A DNA stretch of 57,706 nucleotides, the filler included, from Sphacelaria rigidula (Eukaryota), in NCBI GenBank assembly GCA_964200075.2. It is 5 parts of 5 records of this genome, joined end to end, with 100 filler letters (N's around TTAATTAATTAA, not from the genome) between each part and the next. Parts side by side here need not be neighbours in the genome. Positions count along the whole stretch, not along the records: positions 11,564 to 23,024 come from CAXNAA020004896.1; positions 23,125 to 34,585 come from CAXNAA020004897.1; 3 more parts are not named here. One strand, written 5' to 3'. Made by a program: the position numbers and the translations under genes. The notes below the pieces were generated by a model. That model was not told where the DNA came from and ran no database searches. It was given only the letters and a program-made list of their open reading frames with translations. This document shows positions 11,649 to 24,398 of the stretch, in pieces. How positions within the stretch are numbered: the first letter of the stretch is position 1; each line of letters begins with the position of its first letter.

Positions 11649-14600
11649 GTCGCGGTTTGTCTGTTGCCGTTATCGCTCCCTATTTACCTGGCTATGGGAG
11701 AAGCGGTCGCCACAGCGCGCCTTCTGGCATTCCTAGAGCTCGTGCTTGGAAGAAAGAGGTGAGACAATTCTGTTTGGCTGGTTCAAGATCTTCACCGCCA
11801 TAGGTTAATCGTACCTGGCATCCTCTCCGTCGCGTTCAGAGTGCTTGGCTTGCTTAGCTTTAGGTTTGAAGCTGCGACTGGGCATATATGATTGATGTTT
11901 TGCTGCATATTCATGGATGTTTGGATGTGGATCTGGTATTCGCAACTTACACACGTGGAACAGAGTCGATTTGCACGCAGCGCCCGCGTAACAGTGTTGC
12001 TCGGCACAACTAACTCGCCCCGGTGCTTGTTGCTCCGCTGGTACTGTGACCACGTTACTAAGGATGCCGTTTGTGGCCTCGGTGAACGACCGTCGCCCTC
12101 ACCGACATGGATATGCTCGTATCTGACGTCTGGTTTTCGTTCGCATCTGGATGATGACAGATGTTCAAGTACAGCCTGGCGCTGGTTGATCACCGGTAAA
12201 CGCCATATCCGTAGAAAATTTGGACGCCACCCTTACTCGCAGCCAGTCACCGATGAGCAGAGTACGTATGTTATATTCAGGTCGCCGTGAACAAGTACGA
12301 TTCGTTGAATATACGCGTGGTGACCGTCGCAAACGTTGTCCCTCCTCCAGAGAAACCAAGGGAGCTGGTATTTCGTCACCAGTAGCTGGAGAGTACGACG
12401 AATTTGATCAAATGGATGCTGAAGAGCGCGAAGAAGCTACTTCGGGCACATCACATCGAGTAGCATGGAGGAGAACTCGCGCTTACCTGGTTGCTGTACT
12501 GAAAACAAGGTGAATCACACTTCTGAGGCTAGCAGATTTGTGAAAGTGTTGTGCATGCCTTGAAACTAATCCTGAGGAACAAGTGTGTTGAAGATTTCCA
12601 CAAAAAGTGATTACGAAGCAGAATTGATTTTGGAAGTGACTGACTTTGCATGCAAACGCTTGCGCGCAAATATCAAGTGTACTTGAGGGGATCGCACGAG
12701 ACTGGTGCATGGTGCACACGGACATGGCCTATTGAGCATTACGTGTTGTTGTTAACATCGTTTGGTATGGGAGTAGAACTCGGACAGCACCCCCACATGT
12801 TTGAACTCGGGCGGAAAGGCGGAAAGTGTATTTGATAGTGTCTATGGTCTGGCTCATGAGTCAGACGCTGCAGCAGGGACACTTACCAACGTATGTTCGC
12901 ATCTGTGCGGCACGACCACACCGACCACACCGCTAGCTATCATATCAAGTATTATCAAGTGTACCCAGCGCCGGTGTTGCCTTTTTCACGCCATGCGACA
13001 TGAACTTAACGAACGCCAGGTGGAATTGCGGCACGAGATCTCGTCATCGTGTTACTGCGAAAACAAATGCGCCACGAGCTTCGAGTTTGCAGCACGTTGG
13101 CAGCGAGAGACAAGGCGATGCAGTCGAGGGTACGCCTGAGCAGCGGCAAGTATTGCTCCCACACTCTACTCAATCTCCAGTGCCGGACGAGGACAGCGGG
13201 AGGACGGCGAGTCGACAGAACCCTGCCGAATACTACGACAGAAATCGCGAAGGAATTAATGACAGCGACGGGGCAATCTTACTCTCCCCATCTCGGTAGG
13301 TCAGGCGTTCCGAATCAGTGCCCGAGGTAGTTTTTTTTCTGCAACGTTCATTAACATTAGGGAGGGGAACTACAAAGTATGCTTTTTGTGCATGGGAGTC
13401 AGGATCTCTTGACATGACGCAAAAACTGATCCTTCCTGGGCCTGGTATCCTTTGACAACGGGAGAGCTTACCCCGATCCACATGTCAGTTGTCCCTGTTT
13501 CAATACTTGAGGTGGAGTCCACTACTCACTGAAGTCCTCTGCCGTCTTGTTGCTTGCACATGCTCGTTGCTCAGATGGTGCACCTTCTGTGGCTTTCCAT
13601 GGCTGTCGCACAAACGGCAGAGGAGCTCTAAAGGTAAGATTCTGTAACTTTTACAGGGTCAATAGGTCAAAAGGCCATTACCAGTGGAGAGTCCCGCCGT
13701 GACGAGTACCAGTATGGTGTCCTGACGCTGTACAGCACTGCGACACCCCCTTTGTATTTCCGCAACGTGGACCGAGGACCGAGGACGCCCTCGTGCTGGC
13801 CAGCCAAAGTTACGATTCTACGTGGATACTAACTGCACATATGTGGCCGTGGGGTTGAGCAATATTTGTGTCGAGATTACCGTGCAGGCATTTCCATGAA
13901 GCCCCGCGAATCGATGAATCGGGTGTACAGTAATTTGGTGCCCAAAGCATGTTCTGAAGGTTCACTAACGCTCTCGTGGTTTTCGGTAACTCTTCAATGC
14001 GTGACATATAATGCTCTCGATTGCGTTTCTTGCCGAGACAGGCACCGCAGCCTTTTGCTGCCAAAGAAGAGATCGATGCCACGAGTTTGGTGCCATAGGT
14101 TGCTCAGATGTTTCCCTTCCCACATATGCGTGTGCTATGCAGTAGCGGAAGAAGTGAACTTCGAACCCACGTCGAAGCAACTGTCGCGAGAACGAACCCT
14201 GCTACCCGTGCCTATGCTGGAATGTGGACTGGTCGAACGCCTTGGCGCGGTAACTACAATGTGCATGCTCGACGAAGACACGGTGTGCAAACCTACGGCA
14301 GCTGTCAAAGAAGTGTTCATCGTCGATTCCAAGGTAAGCTGCATATCAATCTATCAATCGGACATCACGGTACACGGTACACCGCAAAACAAATAGATTG
14401 GGTAGTAAAATAGTTCCATCAAAGTATTCCTATACTGGCAGGCCGCTTGATTCCTCAGGACAGCGGATGGGTACGAGAGCCCCCCACCGAAGAACAAGTA
14501 AAACCAATACTATGCCCTGAGCCGTATATTTGTAGCCGTTCTCAAGCACTTGACTTACTTTAGTGAAAGTAGTTCAAGTTAGACTCCGATCTGAAAGAGT

Positions 14601-17600
14601 AATCTTGTGAGGCCTCAATATGCTCAATATGCTGGCTGCCCAAGTCGGGAGGATCGCCCGTTTTTTTTAATCCGAGCGTACCCCCTCTCGCCTTGTTTGT
14701 AAACTATCTTCGCAAAATACCGTCCAAGGGGCAAATGAATACCTTCAAGGGATCATTAGTGCGCGCTACCTGTAGAGTAGAGTGGGACGGTGTATCTGAT
14801 ACTCAGTTTATACGGCGGGGCACGATCGATGGCCGCGCGGCCGCTCGAGTTCTGTTGGCTTCAGCACTGTTCACTCACTGCTCTGAATCAAGTTGTTCCC
14901 TACCGCCAGTTTCCCCCAAGGACGTCCTTGTCAAGTATACGCGCTGCCGTAAACTTTCGAGAAGAAGGTGTGTCTGGTGGCCCATTGCCGGTACTACTAA
15001 GAGCGACCCTTCGCGGCGTATGTTGCTGTACTTGCTGGGCACAGGATGACGCGGGGAGCGGAAGCGGGACGGTGTTGGACATGCACAACCAGCAGGGAAA
15101 CAACGGTGTGCGCTTCGAAGATCCGCACTGGTGGACACATCTCCCTTCGCTCAAGCCCATTGGCCTCACGTGCTTGCTTGCTGAGGTCAGGCATACGGAG
15201 GTACTTGTTTCATTTTTGTTACTCGGACAGTACTGATGCTTGAACCCGCTTGGTGTGTGATGTAGGAGCGCAACTTCTCCTAACTCCCTCAATTGTCATT
15301 GCCGTGTTGTGATGTTGCATCTATCTCCCCTTGCGCGCTACCTCGTACCCTCTGTTGGCTGCAACGTCCGTTTGTTTTCTTGCAGCGGGTGCAAGCACGC
15401 GCAAGGACGGCCCACAGTCCTGCGCCCCTTGGTCGATCGGCTCCTTCGACTCACAGGTGCAGACCATGCTCGCGGTGCTGTAGCGCACAGCTCCCATGTA
15501 CTCTAGCGCGTCTTGTGAACTGATGTTGGTATAGCTCGTAGAAGATGTGAACAATTGAATGTCGTAAGGATAGTTGTACTCGCTTTCTCTTCCGTCAACG
15601 CCGTGCCCGCGTGTTCCCGGGATTGGTGCTCCTCCCAGGCGACAGAAACAGAGTTGCCCTGGCCGAGCTTTGCTCGATCATATCCGGGATAGTCATCCGA
15701 TGGAGCATCTGACAGATATGTGGAAGGCAATAGGTTTCTCTGCAGGGGACAGGTATGTTGCGTCGTTTTTTTTCCCGTCATATTCTTCTCCGTCACCCGT
15801 CAGGAAAAAAAGTCCGCAGTCTCAAGGAATCGACCAATCTCTCCCCTGGTGCTTACCTGTCAAATGATTTTCGAGCATTGAATGATTGGATGCTGACGAT
15901 CAGCAAACCCGCAGCCCTTCGACTCGCGTGAAATCTTTTTTCGTGCTTGTTTACATTCTCGTTATTGCGGGCGACGGATACGTGAAAGCTATAAGAAGAC
16001 CACTACTGTCGAGATCCGCCGAAACTGACCGCTGATGTGCTCGTAGCACTGTGACCACCGGGGCGCGACGGTTGAAATCGCAGTTTTGGTCCTTATCTCT
16101 AGGAAAATCTCGAGGTTCTATTGTGTCGTGCCTCAAACATGAAGAAGCGGTTGAGTTTTCTGCAGGCGGCGCATGCGACGCTTCCATTCTACACGCGTAG
16201 AACATCTTGAATGAAATTTCTCAAGACAACAGTAAGGGGTCATTTTCGGCCGTCTGGTAGTATCTGGAAGGGCAATTGCCGTGCAGATTTTCCTCGTTGT
16301 ACACAGTCTTAGGTCAGCAGGGAAGGGTTGCACTAAGTACATACCATCCATAAAGCCACAGTGACGCACGACGTATAACACAATTAGTTGCTAAATCATC
16401 GAAATAGGGTATGAGTGATAACACCAATCAATCATCCAAGCAATTGTAGACTCTTTGCAACTATCCAGTCAGCCAAGAAGGATGGTTTCTCCTTCCCCCG
16501 TCCAGCTCACTCTTTTCACCGGGCAGTGGTAACCCTGATATGTTTACCTTCCCGTGTCAATGATCAAGAGCGTCTTGAATATGGGATGTCACCACGAGCA
16601 CACAGAGCATAGATTGCCGTTTTTCTGTCTGGTAAACCAGCACCGTGTCTACTTTTCCCTCGTTCCCACTTTTCTTCTTAAAGGGCTATATTTCGCGAGA
16701 GGCGACGCGTTCATGTCGTAAGTCCCAAACTGACAGCAGAACGCGCGACAGAAGATACTCACGCACAAGGTAAACTTTTGTTTGCGAGGCCGCAAGGAGG
16801 ATAAGGAGGATACTATTGCCAACCCAGGTGTCTACGCAACCTGTCGAGACCTTTCTCGACTTCTCGACTGGCTGATATGTGTAGTGTGATCCTGTAGTCC
16901 TAAATCCCTGGAGTTTCGCCCATCATAGTTTTGGTATCCAGTGGCCCCTTGAGAAACTCGAAGCCAGCGATGCTGTCAAATATTCTACCGATCGAGTGGT
17001 ATGGATCTTTTCGGCGGGCTAACTAGCTACTCCATGTACATACAGGGCATCGTCACGAGTATCCCTCATGCTCACCAGATCTTTTGACTCAGCTTTTACG
17101 GGTGTTGGGATCGCGTTTTATTTGAAGGTCAAGATGAGTCGCGCCGTCGAGGCACGATCCAGCCACATGTGACGGCAGTGGTGGCTCAAGATCGGCGATT
17201 GGACACGTTCCAGCTCCTCAGCCAAGGTAAAGCAGTAAAAATACAGCTGAGTACCCTGTCTTCACAACTTCTCGGTGAGATGGCGCGTCTCAACCGTTGA
17301 CATTTTCCTAGCCCGGGCGCATCCACCACGTAGCACCGCGATACTTGGTGTGCAGTATGTCCATTGAACAACCAACATTTACCGTACTACCGTTTGCCTG
17401 TCGTGCCCCGATGGCAGGTGACCCCTCAATTGTGCTGGCCATGTGCCCAGACTACTGGGACGGGAGCGCAATCTCAAATTTGCCCGGACACTTGCGCAAA
17501 AGTATTCTGAACATGCACCAGCAGTGGAGCTTGGTGAGAAGGATGATGGCAAAAATAGCAAAAAACACGAGCATATGTGCACATACTGGCTATTCCGAAA

Positions 17601-20600
17601 ACCTCCATGTACCACTATTCTAGGGGGGGTGTGAGCATCGCCTTCGAATTAAAAGCTTGTACCATAGCCTAAGCATATACTTTGAATCCAAGAGGTGGGT
17701 TCCTCAGACCACGTGCCACTGTCACCTACGATGATGTGCTGAACCCATTCCTCACCATGACCTTGACCTTACAGGAGGACCTCGACGTGGTGGCGTTCGC
17801 CTACACACCTGTGCCACACACGTCCAACCCTTGCCTGTCGTCATTCACCAAGTACCCGGACTACCTCATCCACCGCAACCAATGGTCGACCAAACACCGA
17901 TCACGAGGGGGAATTGGCAGCCCTGCAACCATCGGGTCTAAGAGCTTTACCGGTGAGATGTTCTACCTCACTGCGACGAGCTTGGTACAGAAGAGTACAG
18001 TGGTCTCAAACGTGACTTGATGGATGGAAGAAGCAGAGTCCGACAAGCGTGAGCCACTCCATACCTCCTGTGGAGCATAAGTCCTGTCATTGTCCTTGCG
18101 TTTCTTGTGAAGGCCTCGAAACGCCGAGAGCAAACACGATATGGTCACCCCATGAGTATCCATGGAATGTTCTGCTGTTCCGACGGTGCTGTCGCGCACA
18201 CTTCAGGAAGCCGACAAGGTGCCCGAAATGAGGTCACCGATGGCGTAGGCGGAAATACACCAGATGCATCAACGGCGAAGCAGAGGGCCGCAAAGGTCGA
18301 CGACAAGCCGCTTGAGCGCGACCATGATGTTCTTGCGTCCAGCATGCCAAGTGGCGGAAGAAGTTCGTGGTCATCAAGGCATCAAATTGCGCACCAGATC
18401 GACCCGACAGCCTCTACACAGACTCTGCAGGACAAAGTCTCGCAGTAAGTACGACTTGCGGCATGAGCTGCTGTTTTCCCCTTTTCGCTAATCTTGCGAG
18501 GCATTCTCAAGATGAAGAGCTTGTGCGTGGACATGTGCTACCGCAACCCGCTAAATAGAGGTATTTCTCGTACAGATCGGGCCAGCTTAGTGGATACAAC
18601 CACATAGCCAACAAACCCCACACCGCACTGAAAGATGAGCGTCGAGTGCGCATGATGCCTTCCCTGGCTTGATCGACGTGGTTTTTGCGGTTGGCAGGCA
18701 CGACCTATCGTTGGGAGATGCTGTTCAGTCGCAGGTCGAAGGAATCAGACCTCGGCGTGCATTCACCAGTACTGCTGCCGAGGAAGCACAACTAGGTGAT
18801 GGCAAGAACCTCGTAGAGACTGGAGCCTCTGTGGGCTCGCCAAACCAACTTGAAGGAATGGGGGGAGACGAAAAGGTTGCTCACGTGGCCAAGAAGGCGG
18901 TCAAGTTTCAAACGTACAACAGTAACCCTGACGTCCAGGTGGGGGACGATATGCCTTTTATGCGACAGACAGTGGTGCCGGGCGAACCTGGGGCATGCAG
19001 CAGCACTGTGGCCCCCCTAACAAACAGCAAAAAGGGTGGCCAGCGGTATAGCGCGGACGACTGCGGCGTCACCATCACCTGTCGCACGGAGCTGCGCAGA
19101 GCACAGGTGAAAACCATACCCCGTGTTGCTGTGACTGGCACGTGGCACGTGTGTGTGCCTTCTTTGTCCGATGTGATTGCAGATATAGGTCATTGTTCGC
19201 TCTTGCGGACCAAAGGTCACATATCGCCGTGAGTTCCATCTCTGCGATCTTGGCAACTCTTTGCAGGACACGGCGACACCAGCTAGCGAAGAGAGCAAGA
19301 TGGGTGACGCACTCTGGAGCCTGATGCACGAGCAGGTGAGTGATGCATAAGCGCGATGTAAGCATCTACGAAGTACTATTTTTTCTCACCCGCCACGATG
19401 AAAAAATCGACCTGAAAACTCTGTGCCATGGATCCCCCGAACAGCTTTGGCACCCCCACAAAAGAAGCGCACGAAGGGCCGGTGCCTTCGACGGGCGCAT
19501 TGATTTCTCGCACAATTGGGAAATACCATAGTAAACATCGTTCAGCAGGGCAAGTAGTCTTGATTTTTACTCGATCCGGCAAACTACGCAGTATTAGAGT
19601 CTATGGAGTTTGAAAAACGATAAACTGGTTGTACGACTGTGTGTAGAAGATTACAGGGTCAAAAGTGAGGGCTCTCGTCGGGAAAATAGGAAACGCTCGC
19701 AAAAGTGATAGATCCACAAAAGTATTCCGAAAAACACAAGCTTTTTCGGCCATTTTTTTCTCATCACACCCTGTCTCTAGCTCATGATATCCTTGAGTTT
19801 CCTGCAGACTATCAATGCAGTAAACTAGCTCTGCTGCGGCTCGACAAGGGAAAACAGGCAGCACCAGAATCCGCGTAGTACGCAACGGGATCGACGACTT
19901 TTACCGGACGGTCCCAGGAGGTGAAAGTGGCGGTTTATAATCGACAAAGGTACGCGGTGCAAAACGCGAAAAGCAATACACCTAAAATCCACCCAGTGCA
20001 CGACCCCCTCGCGAACCACTTGCAACACCACTCGCCTCTCTGTTGCTGCCGTCGCTTACTAAGAACATAGTCAACGTTTTCAGAGATGGATCATGGAACA
20101 ACAGACAGCACCCGTACTCTGTGTTACAATATCGTTTACCGTGTGTTGCTGCGTGCTACTGCACAAGAACGGAAGATGCTTTACAGCCCGGACAGCCACT
20201 GTAGCCAGTACAGTCACTATGACATTACAGGCAGTCGGTTGTTCGGTTGAAAATGGACATGTCCACAACCTGGACCACTAGGCTTCATGCGAACTGGTTG
20301 ACAAGTTTCATGGTTGAAAAAATACTGGGTTTTAGTGTAGACGATGGCATCCGAATCTCGTGGGGGTTGACAGTCCCAGGTATCTTCCCAGCCTTCGCAT
20401 GACGTTTTCTTGCTCAAATCGGCGCCTATGACGCCGATGTGAACCCTGCCAGTGCTCTCTCTGCGTAGGATACCGCATGTAAGTATCCCCCTTGGCAGAG
20501 GGTTCTCGGTTTCCCTTCGGTCAGGGGTAGGGTCATTGTAGTGTACACCCGACGCGTTAAGATGTTGTGTAGGCAATATATATATATATATATTGTGTAC

Positions 20601-22833
20601 AGTTTCGTACTGTTGTTACTTGTGTCCTTTGTCAATGGCTCTGCGGTTCCCTCTGGTGTTTGTGTTTTTACCTGCTCTACTGTTCTGAATCCTTCGGGCT
20701 TCATCACTTCTGTAGCCTCCTTCTCTGGTCTCCCTTTCCCCATCCTCTCTAGGCATGTGTTCCTTCCGGTGTATGTCAGAGCAGTTTCGTGCGCCGCTTC
20801 CGTAGGGTCCATGGATGAGGGATTTCATACTCAAATAGTGAGGTCGTAGTATAGTAGATGAGCCGAAATATTTTCCCACGGCCTTTTGTTTTTTGCGATT
20901 GGGTATGAGTGTGGTTTCTGTGCAAAACGTTTTCCACCAAAGCCATGTGGCAGAGGCCGGCCATTTCTATTTTTTATTTTCCTAGTTTACTCTGTCGATC
21001 TGTTCTACCTTTTCTATTTTTTATTTTATTTTTCTCAGCGAGTGTTTCAGTTTTGTTTCTTGCCTCGGGTACGTTTATCTCGTGGATAATTACCACGGCT
21101 GGACTATGACTCCTGGGGGATCAGGTTAAGTGGGACAATGAAATTAAAAAAAACAAAACATCTAGGGTGTGTGAACCCTTTCCAAAGTAGATTACAAGGT
21201 AACGGTTTGTTGGGATCAGCACGGGGCTACTGTTCTTGTGAGGGTTTGCCCCTCTTGTGCTGGCCTCCTTAGAGGGTTGGTTTATTATGCTTGTCGTCCC
21301 AATGCCCATCTGTCTTCGGTGCGTATGCTCAATAACTTCGTTGTGTGCGTAGGTGGTGGTTTGGTGTGCGTGCTTTTATCTGGACTTTTAGCTCCAGCAA
21401 AAAAAATCTGCTCATCATGCAGTCACTTGGCTTTATTCGTGTGCAGTGCTTGGATTCATCTACTGTCAAGCTCAAACATTCAAGGGACAACCTGGTCTGG
21501 GAACCATCCTAGCAATCTAGTTTGTACAGCGATAGTCTCGGTGATATACATGAAGTGTGTCCGCAGCACGCGTACGGGTGTATTCGTGTGCTTCTATGAT
21601 TGTGCTTCTGTATGGTGGTGAGAATAGTCGTGGCCAAAAGCGGCTCTGGATCACTATAGTTTTGAACTTACTTGGACCAACGTGTGTATAATACTCAAAA
21701 CAATGTGACGATAAATTTTTGCCCCGACCAGGTTTTTTTAGGAATGGCTGCATCATTCGTGCCGCCCAAGCGAGATATCGTGGCTCTCATCGAGGACGTC
21801 GAAGCTGCAGGAGTACGCTTCGTGTATTTCTCTCCGCGTAACATGAGGAGAAGCAAGGTATGGGGACGTTTAGATGTTTTCGGCTTGTCACAAGGTCGGG
21901 AATACAATCCTCTGTACCACAACTCATTTCCAGCTGGTAGTGTGATGCGTGATACTTGCAATCATAGATTACAATGACAGCGATTCTGCCAGCTCATGCC
22001 ACGCCATCGTCCTGGTTGCGATATCCAGGCGCTTGCTGAGAGCATGGGAATAGACACGGACTGGAACTGTGCGATTTCTCTGCGGCCACTAGAGGATTCC
22101 ACGAAACCGGACCCACATCGGATGACGTCGGACTATGCTGATTGGGACGTAAAGGTGCCGCGATCTTCATCGCTTCCCTTCGCTGACCATTCCCACCATT
22201 CCCAGCGTTCCGTTATCTTGGGCCGGATGTACCATGGTGTCCGTATCCTACACTCTGACTGGTATACTACTCAACTTTTTCATCTTTCAGCTTTGTGGAG
22301 TGAATGTCCTCACCTGCCGTGGTTTTGTGGCAGGCTCGCCTGCCTCACGGGATCGCGGCAATACGGGACCATATCGAGAACGTGGACAATGTGCCCTTGC
22401 TGGTATCTCTCTTCACCGACGCAACGCCTCAGACAAGCCAGGACATGATCGGAATTTACCACGAGTATCATGAAGCCGTGCTTGCGGTGGGAATGTCCCA
22501 TAGGTGATTGAGGAGAGATCGTTCGTGCTACCAAAATATCACCAACGTACACACAACATGAATATTGTATTGGTTCGGTGCACTTCCTTCCCGCGCGCTG
22601 AAGAAGCAATTCAATGACGAAGCATGTTCCCACACGGTGGTGCTTGTGATGGCAGGGCTGTAAACGCAGAGCTGTTCCGGGCCGCAGATCTATCTCTCTC
22701 GGTGGAAGGTCTGCCTGTCAGTCAACCGCTTGCAAGTCTTCCTGTCGCCAGCGCTTCCTGTTTCTCCGCAATTGATGTTGCTTTCAACACCAAGTTAGTG
22801 GGACTCCACTCTGCCTTGCCCCTTGGCGACATG
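11649..22833 (+). CDS. TMEM94: TMEM94/KIAA0195-like (P-type ATPase-related) membrane protein, internal part, about 21 exons
   Basis: Phase-consistent GT-AG exon chain: 11649-11758, 11981(or 12161)-12195, 12281-12509, 12839-12890, 13093-13295, 13575-13633, 14143-14333, 15045-15185, 15386-15456, 15639-15752, 16684-16769, 17128-17226, 17418-17533, 17775-17952, 18207-18444, 18698-19106, 19267-19335, 21732-21857, 22029-22154, 22334-22503, 22656-22833 (sum 3180 nt). Recognised TMEM94-type blocks appear in the right order: LLPLSLP..ATARLLA; LGAVTTMCMLD; FEDPHWWTHLPSLKPIGL; AIGF; QLLSQGDPSIVLAMCPDYWDG; AFAYTP; QVFLGM...GVRFVYFS; LAESMGIDTDWNCAISL; ARLPHGIAAIRDHIENVDNVPLLVSLFTD. Exons in the low-complexity loops are less certain. 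Confidence 0.9.
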
Positions 22834-23024
22834 GTAAGCGGTATAGACGCAGAACGGAGGCAAAGCCGCTACGATAACGGTGTCAGATCCAGAAACCGCT
22901 TGCTTGTACTACGCCGTGCCAGAAATTGCACCCCCCCCCCCGTCGATGTAGTTAGCCTGGTCCGGCGAGAACCCGGCGTGCTCCGTCCCGGCTTTGTAGG
23001 GGCGGACCCCCGATGGGGTTGGCG

Positions 23025-23124
23025 NNNNNNNNNNNNNNNNNNNNNNNNNNNNNNNNNNNNNNNNNNNNTTAATTAATTAANNNNNNNNNNNNNNNNNNNN
23101 NNNNNNNNNNNNNNNNNNNNNNNN
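23025..23124. other. Artificial contig-joining spacer
   Basis: N44-TTAATTAATTAA(23069-23080)-N44. Confidence 0.97.
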
Positions 23125-24398
23125 ACACTGCCTCATGGGTGTCCAACCAGTGAAGTGGGGGGGGGGGGTGTACTCATGATCATGCATGCCATAGTCATCA
23201 GACCATTGGGGGGGGGTGGACTTCTGTTCCGTTTTGTTTGTGTGTCTATTTGTCTGTTTTATGTTTGTGTTTTCTCCATTCTTCAGCGAGTGTTTCCATT
23301 TTGTTACATCTACGGTACGTCTATCATGTGACTGTCATGTGGATGATGACCACGGCTGGACCATGACCATCTGGGGGACCATCTGGGGGACCGGTTAATG
23401 TACGGCACTCAATGAATGAACCAATCAATCATTCTGAGGACAACAGGAGATAGACCACCGCGGCCCCGGGTGGTCATGACAGTGACACAAAAAAAACGGA
23501 TAGGATACAGTTAAGGGTTCGAGTCCCAGTACCGTAGATGCGGTTTTTCGTGTGAAAAACCTGATTTCCGTGGTTAAAAACGGGTAGACATGAGTAGAGC
23601 AGAAAAGCCAACCAAACCCGACGGGGGTGCAGGCGTATTGGTCACGATGTCAGAGTGGCGGGCACGTACCGTGCCGCGGGAGGAACTAGCTGGTGCCCTG
23701 AGACTACGGACTATTCCCGAGGGAGGCAAGCGGTCAAAGGTAAGGCCATTGATTGATGAATCTATTCTCGCACATCAAGTGATCCCCGAGGAAACCAGCC
23801 GTCGTCACAAGATAGACGCACCCGAGGCAAAGCAAAACGAACGCATCTGCTGAAGAAGAGTGAGAAAAAAACGAAGGTAGAACAGACAAATAGACACCAA
23901 ACGAAACGAAACAAGAGAGCCATCGGGGCCGCCCGCCCCCCCCTGCCCACCTGGCAGTCGGATCAAACATCGCGGATTTCGGAGGGCGCCGCNNNNNNNN
24001 NNAAAAAAAAAAAACCCCCCCCCCCCCCCCCCCCGGAACAAAGACAAAAAAAAAAAAAGGCCCCCCCCCCCCCCCCCCCCCCGCGTCCTAAAATCGGCTG
24101 AAATGTGCTGCGTCTCGAAAGGGATGCGTGGTCATTGGTCAAACGACTAAGGCAAACAACAAATGACTACGCCACCTCCCCTAAAAATGGCCGACCTCTG
24201 CAACATGGCTCCGGGTGGGAAAGGTGAAGCTGCATGATGGCGTACAGTAGTTCTTATCCCGGCGCCTACGCCGCATCGCTCTGTTTGCTCCTTCCCTATT
24301 TCTGTTTCAGTCTTCATACATTCTCTCGAGTTCCCTTCAGCGAATGTTTTCCGTTTTACTCACTCCTTTTATTTTCTCCCGTCTTCATACGAACCTTC

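Noticed and set aside
23930..24085. Poly-A/poly-C blocks around a 10-N gap (also 11389-11463 and 28875-29060)
   Set aside because: They look like low-quality read ends after G/C homopolymers rather than real structure.
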